A stretch of 64,000 bases of DNA, taken from Azolla caroliniana. Its lineage: Eukaryota > Plantae > Polypodiophyta. Positions 50,301 through 61,200 of the stretch are shown one piece after another (the stretch's first letter is position 1; every line of letters begins with the position of its first letter). Made by a program: the position numbers and the translations under genes. Location of the stretch: the NCBI GenBank assembly GCA_043228905.1, contig JBHGNT010000003.1, positions 16,430,001 through 16,494,000 on the forward strand. Direction: 5' to 3'. The notes under the pieces were generated by a model. The model was not told where the DNA came from and searched no databases. It saw only the letters and a list, made by a program, of their open reading frames with translations.

Positions 50301-51266
50301 AGCCTCTAAGCGATCAAAGCACATCTCGACCGAGTCCGAAGCTAGACAAAGGGAAGGCCAAAATGCCGGAGTATGAAGACGATCACTTTGACGACAACGA
50401 ATCGACTCACTCCCTCGATAGTGAGTTCGAAGGCCTTGAGTTGGACAAATGGAGCGGAGAAAGCCATAGTATCTGCAAAGGAGAAGCTCCGCCGATCCAC
50501 CTGTGAAAAGAACCCCGTAGCCGATTTGGCTACAACGATTACATGGCGTACCATTATGCCTTTATGATGAAGGTAGCAACAGTATGGGAGCCGGAAACAT
50601 TTTCCGAAGCTGTGAAGGACCCGCGATGGATCAAAGCAATGAACGAGGAGATGCATGCACTATGTAAGAACGAGACATGGGATCTCGTTCCCCACTCACC
50701 GCACAGGAAGGCGATCGGATGTAGATGTATCTACAAGGTGAAGTATAATGCCGACGGCTCCGTCAACCGCTACAAAGCTCGACTCGTAGCGAAAGGATAC
50801 ACACAAACACATGGAACCGATCCGAGTTGAGCTTGAGGGGGCGTGTTGAGAATCAAGCTCAACATAGCACAACGTGTGAACACACCTTTTGAGAATCTAT
50901 GATTACTCAAGGTCACGAGTCACACCACTACTCTCTACACATTAACTATATGAGTTACATATTCCCATGACTATGAGTCTTCACGTTCCCCAAGAGAGAG
51001 AGAGTGGTTGTTGTAAAGTTAATGAAGAGAGAGGCTGACTCTATATAAAGCACCCTCCTCATACATCATACCAAGTTGGTTGTGACTCCTTGTAATGCTA
51101 CTTTTTTCATTTATCATATTTTCCTTGTTAATATACATCTCCTTCTTCTTGAGTACATTTTTTGTCTCATATCCATCTTGTGTTTCTCTCATCTCCTCTT
51201 TCCTCTCACACATACACATAACACACATCTCTTCCGCTACACAAGAATCACCATTGATTCTTTACA
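47379..51266 (+). mobile_element. Ty1/copia element F lacking most of RT and all RNase H; LTRs 47379-47838 and 50844-51266; inserted in the LINE endonuclease
   Basis: Exact TSD TATAC, PBS 47839-47850, PPT GAGGGGGCG. Gag from 48011, PR WFVDSGAS, integrase; RT stops at AKGYTQTHG. Same family as element A. Confidence 0.96.
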
Positions 51267-54200
51267 TATACCTTAACCTGCGAGACATCTGGCATTCTGA
51301 AAACTTCCAACGAAAAAGGGATTCTCTCTTATTCTCCCAATCAGACGGGTGGAATAGTGGACCCACCCTATCTCGCATTGACTGCATTTATGTGGGCAAG
51401 GCTCTAGAAGCGAAGGGAGGGTGGAGTCACATAACTCCAGGCACGACTTTCTCTGACCATTACCCGGTAGTTGGTCATTTTCAATTGCACCAAAAATGGG
51501 GCCCATTCCAGACTCGCATCCCACACACTATTTACACATTTACATAGGTGAAGGAACAACTCTCCAACCAATGGACAATACCTGTCAATGACTCATCAAC
51601 ATCTAACAAACTTCTAGCTAAATTAACAAGAGTTTCAACTCTCCTACATCAGATTGTCAAGACCAGAAGCAAGGATGCTCAAGAGAAGTGACAGAGGACC
51701 AAACGGGGACTAATAGCCTTACAACGACTCCAACAGAGATACCTGTCATGGATTTGGATCGCAGAACAAGTCTCCATGGCCAAATATGAACTCAGCATGG
51801 CGGAAAAGGAAATATATGATATGGAGTTTCATGGAAGCATGACACGATGGATTCGAGTATGGGACAAAACCACAAAGGAATTCTTCTGCTCCAAAGGCTT
51901 GAGGCACGCTAGAACAGTGATGAGTAGCCTCAACCAAGAGGATGGAACGACCACTAAGGATGGCAACGAAATGAGGAATATTGCCACAAGTTACTATAAC
52001 TGCCTACTTATCGAAGATACTATGGCTATAGGGGAAGACATAAGAGAAGATATTATCCTCCAAAGCATACTCGAGAAAGTCACGCTGACAATGAATACAT
52101 GGCTTGTGCGTCCCCTATCAATCATTGAGATATGGGAGGCCCTCTTTGATTTGGATGCTGATAGTTACCCTGGAATCTATGGCCTCACCCCAAACTTTTT
52201 CACATGCCTTTGGGACACTATTAAAGAAGACCTCCTCCAGGCATATGAGGAGATCATCACCTCTGGAAGCATGCCGGAGGAATTTGGATAGGGGATGATA
52301 CATCTCATTCCTAAAAGTGGTGGGAGTGCCAACGACATTAGCAAATGGCGGTCCATAACTCTTCTCAATACTGTCTATAAGTTGCTTGCAAAAATCGTGG
52401 CACGTCATTTAGCACCACTTCTCCCTCAACTCATTCATCCGTCCTAGACAGGGTTCGATAGAAATCGGAGCATCCTAGACAACCTCTTCTCATTCTAGGA
52501 AGCAGTAGCCCTTGCAAAGCGTACCAACAACAAGGTAGCGGTGGTGCTACTAAATTTTGAGAAAGCATATGACAGGGTATGATGGAACTTTCTAGAAAGT
52601 GTGATGGGGAAACTCGGCTTTCAAGAGACATGGATCAAAGGCATTGCAAGACTTTATAGGAACGACAACAGTTGCGTTTCACTGGCAGGTGAAAGGGGCC
52701 CCTTTTTCCAAATATCCTGATCTATACGATAGGGATGCCCACTAGCTCCATCCTTATTTCTATTATACGCCGAAGCACTCTCTTTCTTTCTCAACTCGTG
52801 ACATCTCAACCTACGTGGTCTTCCCGTACCTCATTCTCACCAAATCATCCAAGATATAGAATTTATAGATGACACAACGGTCTACCTGCAAGGGGACTTC
52901 GAAAACCTCCAAAAACTAGAAAGTGGGTTAGCCGTATTTTGCAAGAGATCCAATGCCATGATCAATTGGCACAAATCTTGTGCAATATGGCTTTCTCATG
53001 AAACACATCTGGCGTGGCATCCACATCCCGCTTTCAAATGGATCAATCAAGGAGTGAGCACCAAATATTTGGGTTTCCAAATTGGTTTCAACATACCACC
53101 GGAGACTATGATTACACTCGTTATCCATTCCATTCGACAAAAGTTGATACATTGGAGTTCGAAAAAACTGTCTCTAGTGGGTCACATCATAGTGGCAAAC
53201 CAAGTACTACCCGCAATAGCATGGTACACTCTATCATGTTGGACAATCTCTAAGGAAAGTATACATCATATTCAAGGATTGGTCCATAACTACATTTGGT
53301 CTGGTAAGGAAGACCATGTAACTCGCGCCAAGGTGGTGTGGCCTATACTCACAACACCTAAGTCGAGAGGGGGATTGGGTCTTATTGATCCCCTTTCACA
53401 ATCAAAAGCCTTACTTGCCAAATTTGTGGTGCAAGGACTCCAACCAGGAAATGACTGTTGGAAAATGCTACTATGGTTACGTTTCACGTACTTTAGGCCA
53501 CGAAAAGGGGTCAATTGGGCCCCCCAAACAGGATGGATTCTAAACATGGATCTCAAACCTAGTTTCTCTCGCCAATTGGAGGATAGATTTAGTGCATCCA
53601 TGTGGAAGGCATGGTGTGACATTAGATGAGGGCTCAAGTGTGATCAACCAAGTTCCGAACCTGCTTGGCTCAGTCAACGTATCCTATGGAACCCATGTAT
53701 CAAGTATGAATCTAATCAACTACTGGGATCATGTAAGGGGTTGTCATGGGGATACATTGCAGAAGGTCCAGGAAAAAGTATAGAATGTTGGTGACGGTTT
53801 AAGTCACTGCCACTACAAGATCAAGCCAACATACTCCATGGAATTAGGGGCGGATGGACTATGAGATTAGAAATCATTAACGCTCTACTAATTAGGGAAT
53901 TTGCTACTCAAAGGACGACAATGGAGAAATGGATAAGCCACGAGGAGGAGGGATCTCTGATCACGAGAGGTAGGGGACCACCAAATAGGATCGAAGGCTT
54001 TGAATTGCGAGACATTGAGACACCAACATAGAATAACGTAATTCTAGTACTCGCGTATACTGGTCATAAATGGATTGTAGATCCTGATCCGATCAAAGTA
54101 CAACCCGATTGGCACATATGTACTCATAAAAACACATGGCTACGTAAGGTCAGTTGGGACCCTTTGCAATGGACATGGCGTGATCCTTACCCGGGGCAAG

Positions 54201-54800
54201 GAAGCAAACCAATCCCTTTCTTCCAATTCACAACTAGATTGGGCCGCCACATTCTAGCTGCTCAAACCGCCCGAGACCCGGCTGCTGCGAAGGTCTGGCA
54301 CACAATTCAAGTTCCTCCCACAATTATCACCAAGTTTTGGCAGAAAATCTGGAAACAACAATACACGTACCACGCTCCAATGGATATTAATACATAAGTC
54401 CCTACTGGTGGGAGCATGGCAACGTGGGAACCTTAGCTCTCCTAATTGTGTAGAGTGCCCAAATGCACAATACGACACGCTCTATGGGATTGTCCAACGT
54501 CCCATCGAATATGGCGGGGGGTTGGACGCTTGTTGCAATTATGCCAGGTGCAAGGCTCAATCAAGTGGGGAAATATATGTTGGCTATCATGGCAGACCCC
54601 AGTTGGCAGATATGAGCATCAGGAGGAGGGGATGACTTTGGTGATAAAAGCATAAGAGGTTTTTTTCTCCACCAACGACAATGTCCACTCAACTCCTCTT
54701 AATGACAAATCTCAAGTTGTGTTGGAATTGGTCAGCCCAATAACTCTTTGGATTCTATGGAAACAATGGTGTAGATGGGTCTTTTCCAACCAAACCGCTC

Positions 54801-55518
54801 TGTCGTGCCTTTCGGCACCAGATTGTTGCGTGAGTCGGGTGGGAACCGCCGGGGTTTTGGACTAGGAGGAGGAAGAATTTGAGACGAGTTTAGTTATGAA
54901 TATGAATCGATTATAAGAAAGAGAGATAGAAATTCGTGAATGCCATGAATATAGTTTAAATTTACTTTTATTAATATTTAACCCTAATTATACTTTGGAA
55001 TCGATAGGAATAGATTGGAAAAGAGAGATAAAAAACCTCGTGAATCCCACGAGTATTATATTAATCAATATTTAGACCCTAATAATCACCCCATTATTTA
55101 TTTATTTATTTTTCTCCCCCCTTATTACATTGTGCTCCCCATCCTTATATAGTGATGAGAGAGTCTTAGCAATCCATGCTTTTTCTCTAACTATAGACTA
55201 TATGCTTTCTCTAACATACTTTTCTAACCTCATGTGTTTTTATCAACTATACAGTTCATGCACGTTTAAATGTGCATGTGTTGTTTTTTCCTAGAAAATA
55301 TGCGTGAAATAACCTTTCTATGTGGGATATTTGCTTTTCTAACACTCATGATGTGTTAGTGTAATGGTAAGCCTTCAAATTAGTAACATGGAGGTACAAG
55401 GTTTGAATCTTGCCCTATGCATGTAATATATATTTTGATATTTTCGTCGTTTTCTTCATATTTATTAAATCGAGTACTTTATACATTTTTCACGTAGTGT
55501 ACGAAATACACTACGACA
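54801..55518 (-). mobile_element. 718-bp insertion in the LINE 3' end, probably a solo LTR
   Basis: Termini TGTCGT...ACGACA. The LINE reading frame (WVFSNQ..HPTRLLQEIW) resumes on either side. TATA-like CTATATAAGG on the minus strand near 55150. TSD not clean (CGCTC/ACGCA). Confidence 0.6.
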
Positions 55519-55790
55519 ACGCATCCAACAAGGTTACTACAAGAGATATGGAGTGAAATTGTAGCCACTCTAAAGAGCCAATATGATGGGCTCAAGGGCG
55601 GCTCCAATGGAGTTGAAAGACAACGAATAGCCTTCATCCAACAATGGTCTTCCTCTCCCTTTCTTGAGCTAGTGGGCATCCACATAAGATGGAACTATCG
55701 TGTCCCTACAGGGATTTGTACATAATCGTCTCATTTGTAAAATTTTATAACTAATGGAAGGAGCTTTTTTTGGGATAAAAAAATTAAAAA

Positions 55791-56063
55791 AATTTACAAT
55801 GTCTAGAAAATTAATCAAAATGTACATTGTTAAACTAGAAAATAAAAATATCTTTCTCATTGAAAAAGAAAACCAAAAACTTAAAAGAGACATATATTGT
55901 TAAACCAAAAAATTACAATGTCTTTCTCATTGCAAAAAAGCGAGAAAATTAAACCTGATGTATATTGTTAAACCAAAAAATTACAATGTCTTTCTCATTG
56001 CAAAAAAACGAGAAAATTAAACCCGATGTATATTGTTAAACCAAAAAATTACAATGTCTAGAA
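55791..56063. repeat. AT-rich minisatellite array, right part (continuation of 38980-40134)
   Basis: Same subunits; resumes in register (AATGTCTAGAAAATTAATCAAAATGTACATTG). Confidence 0.9.
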
Positions 56064-57762
56064 TTTTTTTTTATGTCAAGATCCATCGTGGTATTAATGA
56101 AAAGATGCCCAAAGGCTACAAAGAATCCATACAATATATTACAACCCTCGTACCCACATGAATCAACATGTCTGGTAGCGGAAACCCTCATGCATGGTCG
56201 TTTCAAGACAGGGGCTGGAAAAATCCATCTTGGTAGACCATATCTCCATTTTATTTTGTCCCCAAAAAAGGTGAAGACATCTACCTTTTTCCAAATTTCT
56301 CGAAATTGTTGTTGCTTGCAAAACACAATATCATGCTCACCATGTATTGCCTCATATTGACCTCTTAGAGTATGCAGGAGCATCAACCATATGTCCTTGA
56401 CTAACTCAACCGCATTCGGTTTGACTTTTTGAAATACACACTTACATCTTGCCTTCCATAATATCCAAACTACTAAAGAAGATATCGTAGACCAAACCTT
56501 GTCTTCTTCCAAACAATGGATTGGTGTAGTATAAGAGGCCTCCAATACACGTCTTTCATCGGAGAGGAGAAGAAAATCAACATAGTCCCTTTCATAATTC
56601 TGTATTTCTTCAAGTAACCTTCCTCATCTCACAAAACCCCATGTGTACACCTCTTTACCATAAATAGGATACAAAATTCTCAACATTCTTTTCCATACTG
56701 CTCTAGTTATAGGACATACCCATAAAACATGGTAAACCGTTTCATTGGGAAAACCATAACTGTCACATTTTTAATCATGGCAATGCCCCATCATCCATGA
56801 CTTCATAGGAATGCAATAATGTACCAACAACCATCTAAACAAGACAACTTTTCTAGGAATTTGCATGGCCCATAACCATTTCCAATAAGCATTCAACCAT
56901 GAGTGTCGTACATTACCCAAACTCCAAAGTTTACATGCTGCTGGTGTAACAACCACACGCCTCCTTAACAACTATCTACCCATTTTTATCGAGTACTGAA
57001 AAAATGGGATTTGCCTACCTAAAATTCCTTGTGCTGATATGCTTTGCCATTTCCATTCATTGGGATCCCACAAAAGTTGATCAATGGGCTTATTCTCGTA
57101 GACCCACAATTTAGATAAATTGATTATATCATTTGGGTGTGGATTCAACATCCATTTTTTATTGTTTTTCCATAATATACGAACAGGCAACATACTCCCT
57201 TGAGATACAACTTCGTCTTCCATAAGGATAGAATGAAGCCGTCCAGAATGCAAAACATCGAAATAAAGACAATCACGAGAGTTTTTATAACCCTTGACCA
57301 CCAACAAGACATGTAAAGATGAAAACATACCATACCAAAATAGGCCACTTTGAGAAGGCTAAAAGGAATACATCATAAACACTCTATCAATTTCTACATA
57401 CATAATGTTTCCACCCCAAATTGTGTGACAAACTTAGGTTTTGTTTTCCATCATCGAAGAAGAAAAATTCAGCTAATTCCTTACTGATCCAGCTTCTCCT
57501 ATATCAAAATCAACCCATTTCAACCTACTTCTTTTCCCTAACATTCCCCCCCTCCTCTAATAGAAACAATAGGTTCATTATGAGGGGTTGGCACAACCAG
57601 TCCTCCATACATGATGGTAGAGATTGGATCAAGTTATGATTCAAATCGCACCACGCCTTCATGATACCCCTGGAAAACTTATACTGACGAAAAATATCAA
57701 GGGAATGATTAAAATCTCTTAAAAACCACCATCTAATACTATCTTGCTAGTTGCCACATGTA
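56064..57762 (-). mobile_element. Second L1-like LINE, 3' portion of ORF2 with poly(A) end
   Basis: T-run 56064-56072. Translation WILWKARCKCVF...DIW...LRGQY, WKWLWAMQIPRK, WDPNEWKW...IPFFQYS is homologous to, but diverged from, the first LINE. Confidence 0.8.
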
Positions 57763-58090
57763 TGTTAGGAATATGTCCTTGTGGGAAGAGCCGACTGCTC
57801 TACTGAGTAAGAGCCGACTGTCGAAGACAAGGAGTAGCTGACTGGTCGGGCCGAGAGTCGATAGTTGAAGACACGAAGAGTTGACTAAGAGATAATCGAC
57901 ATGGATAGAGTTGACTGAGAGAGAGTCGACAGTAGAGGATCCAAGTCGGGGACAAGACTGACTAGTCGGGCCGACTGGATGGTCGATGACAAGGCCGATT
58001 AGTTGGGCTGACTAGACAATCGACATAGGAATCGGCTAATCGAAACGACTAATCAATTAGTCGGTTGATTAACAGAGAGAGTATTATTAT
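57763..58090 (+). mobile_element. 5' part of a Tork-like copia LTR inserted in the second LINE
   Basis: Begins TGTTAGGAATATGTCC (cf. 12856 and the reverse of 59021). Rich in GCCGACT/GTCGAC repeats. Interrupted at 58091. Confidence 0.65.
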
Positions 58091-58237
58091 TGTTGAGCGA
58101 GCAAGCTCAACCTGATCCGGATTGGATGAGTAAGCCAGAGCCGGATCGGTGTTCGGAACCAAGAGCTGGATCAGTGTTAGGATCAGAGTGTAACCGGTAG
58201 GCCATTAGAGGCCTACAGTCCTAGCCTAGTACATAGG
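58091..58237 (+). mobile_element. 5' part of a copia LTR of the A/B/D/F lineage
   Basis: Begins TGTTGAGCGAGCAAGCTCAAC, carrying the lineage-diagnostic CAAGCTCAAC. Interrupted by the gypsy LTR. Confidence 0.7.
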
Positions 58238-61200
58238 TATTAGAGACATGAACTAATGTAAGCATAAAATAAGGATAAAAGATAGATCTAGATAGAAAGG
58301 AGAGAGAGAAAGAAGGGTGCCGATCTATTGAGAAATCGTTGCGGAATATAAATCACAATGAACAGACACTGCTGAAATACGAATCACAGAAATATGCCAA
58401 AGAAAAGACAAGATTAACAATGGTGCACAGAGATTTTCGTGGAAACCCTAAAACGAGGAAAACCACGGGTGAACAGATTTCTTCACTATACAAAGTGGAT
58501 ATACAACACCAAGACGAATACAACACTCTTTTGAGTGTATCAGCTGCACAGGGCTCTTCGCGTATGATGTTACTCACACAGCTATGGCGCGGCTCACACT
58601 CACACTCTCTGTCTCTCTCTTTGTTCGTCTCACTAACACACAAACTAAAAGTTTGCCCTAGTTGCATATGTACTTACGCAACTTTTTGGTTATTTACATA
58701 CGTAGACCTCATGGGGCGCACACTCAGACTATTTATAATTGTAGTCTCCCGAGTTATACACGTTTTTGGTTTCGGCCTCGGCCTTGGCCGAGTCACTCAT
58801 AAACTCGGCTCCTCTCTCTTTCCCATCTGGAGGGACTTGTTTCCACACATCATCATCATTATTATTACTATAATAATAATAGTCGAATCTTCAAACAGTC
58901 GACTCACTGTTTTCGACTCTTCGACTGTCGGCTTTCCAAAAAGTCAGATCTTCCCTGTCATCGACTGTCGGCTTTTCGATCAGTTGGTTCTTCCTCCCAC
59001 TGGAGGGACATATTCCCAACACGATCCACCTGACCACCCCCGAGCGAAGAGATCGAGACAGACTCGAGCCTCGATCGGCGTCCCAAACCACCGCTGTGGC
59101 GTCGAGTCGTACCTGGTGTTGGCACTCTCGCTACAAGAGTTGATCCACCACGAAACAGAGTCTCGACGTAGTCAACAAGATGATCAAATGAGGGTAGTTA
59201 GGCCTCTTATTTATAGCGATACCCGAGGGCCCCAACAAGTTCACACTTGGCCTAATGGGTTGTCTCAATCCCGAGGATTAAAAGTAATCCTCCCCTTCTT
59301 TACACTCTCGTTTAACCCTCACACTTATCCACGTGTATAGAATACTACAGTAAATTCTCACCACGGGATATTATATGGTCATGCCTATAATGTACTCCCC
59401 CTCTTTAAAACATTGCACTCTTGCAATGGAAAGTTAGGGAAGTTAGTTTTGCGATTATTTTCGTGTTCCCATGTGGCATCTTTTATTGATTTATCCATCC
59501 ATTTTATTTTAAATTCTTGGATTTCTTTAGTACGTAATTTTTTTGTTTTAACATCGATAATTTTTTTGGTACATGTGGTTTAGACGACTCACATGAAAAA
59601 CTGGATGAATTTCAACACCATCGGGAAGAGCGAGATGGTAGGCTGATGACCCAATGCGTTTGAGGACTGTAAAAGGTCCACAAAACCGTGGGGCTAACTT
59701 AGTGCACTTACCCTTAGACAATGTCTTAGAATTGTGAGGTACACGTAAAAATACCTTCTGTCCAGGGTTGAATACACGAGGTTGCCTATGATGATCGGCA
59801 TAAAAACACGCTCTATCTTGAGCTGTTTTTATATTATCTTGTGCAATATGCAACATATCTTGCATATCCCGAAGAAAGTTTTGTGTACTTCGCAACTCAT
59901 CATGATGTATATTAACATCAATCGGGGCTCGTGGTTGAAAAACCATACATCAACATAAAAGGACTATATCCCGTCAACGTATGCTTGGAGCTGTTATAAG
60001 CAAACTCTAAAATTGGGAGATAACGTTCCCATTTTGTTGGTTTTGCACCAACGTATGCTCGAAGCATGTCCTCAACAATTTGATTTACTCGTTTTGTCTG
60101 TCCATTGGATTGAGGATGATCCGTGGAGCTCATGCTCAATGTAATTTCTAACTTCTTAAAGACTTGTGTCCATAAGTCACTAGTAAACTTTGGATCTCGA
60201 TCACTCACGATATCCATCGGTAACCCATAAAAATGAAATAACTCGTCAACGAATTGGTAAACCAATTTAGGAGCTGTTACTGTGGTTTTAGTATCAATAA
60301 ATCTGGCAATTTTAGTTAGTCTATCAACCACAACCCAGATGACATCATGGCCTTTTTGGGTACGAGGAAGGCTAACAATAAAATCCATGGATATACTTTC
60401 CCACTTATTGTTGGGAATGTCCAAGGGATGTAAAAGTCCTGCGTCTTTAAGTCGCTCAGCTCTGTTAACCTGCCATTGGTGACATTTAGTCACATAACTA
60501 TCTATGTCAGGACACATCTTAGGCCAATAGAATTAAGTGGAGATGAGAACGAGTGTATGATGTATTCCAGGGTGCCCCGCTGAGGGTGCATCATGGCATT
60601 AAAAAAGAATTCTCTTTTTGACCTCAGGTAAATTTGGAACACAAACCTTCCCATTACGGTAGAGCAGACCGTTAGCAATGTGGAAGTATTCCTTTGAGGA
60701 TGTGGTGGTGTCTGTTCCAGACTCAACTCTTGCCCAGTATTTCGCAAAATAACTGTCATCAGGATACTTTCCTTGAAGGTGATGATAAAGATATGATGTT
60801 ATTTCAGTGAAGCTAATCATGTTAACTTCACGGACGTGACTTAGTGCATCAATGACAGTGTTCATGGAAGCTTTACGATATCGTATGGAAAAATCGAAGT
60901 CCTAGATGAGATCAGCCCATCCTACCTTACGACCTTTCAGGTCTTGTTGGTCACAAAAATATTTCAAGGACTCGTGGTCCGTAGTTACCACAAAGCGATT
61001 TCCATAAAGATAATGATGGCATGTTTTTAGTGTATAACTGCAAATAACTCCTTTTCTTAAATGGTATACTGACATTGAGCAGAATCAAGTTTCTTACTCT
61101 CGAATGCTATTGGTTTACCATCTTGATATAAGACAACACCTATAGCATAATCGCTTGCATTGGTTTCAACCTCAAAAGGTTTTGAAGGTTCGGGTAAAAG

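Larger units (their letters stand above)
40135..55790 (+). mobile_element. L1-like LINE (about 5.6 kb net) interrupted by copia E, copia F and a 718-bp insert
   Basis: ORF2 from ~46830: APE endonuclease (MKIVTWN, NVYAPN, WCIGGDFN, SRID, FSDHYPV), RT (PGIYGL, WRSITLLN, NFEKAYD, *GCPLAP, FIDD, KYLGF, GGLGL), C-terminal WILWK...IW. A-rich tail at ~55776-55792. Flanked by AAAAAATTACAATGTCTA-like duplication. Confidence 0.88.

Noticed and set aside
55350-55420. Functional tRNA gene
   Set aside because: A/B-box-like motifs only; acceptor and anticodon stems do not pair convincingly.
58339-59340. 333-aa ORF on the + strand
   Set aside because: Runs across a solo LTR and the gypsy LTR it is inserted in, crossing the TSD. 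No domain motifs; a chance ORF.
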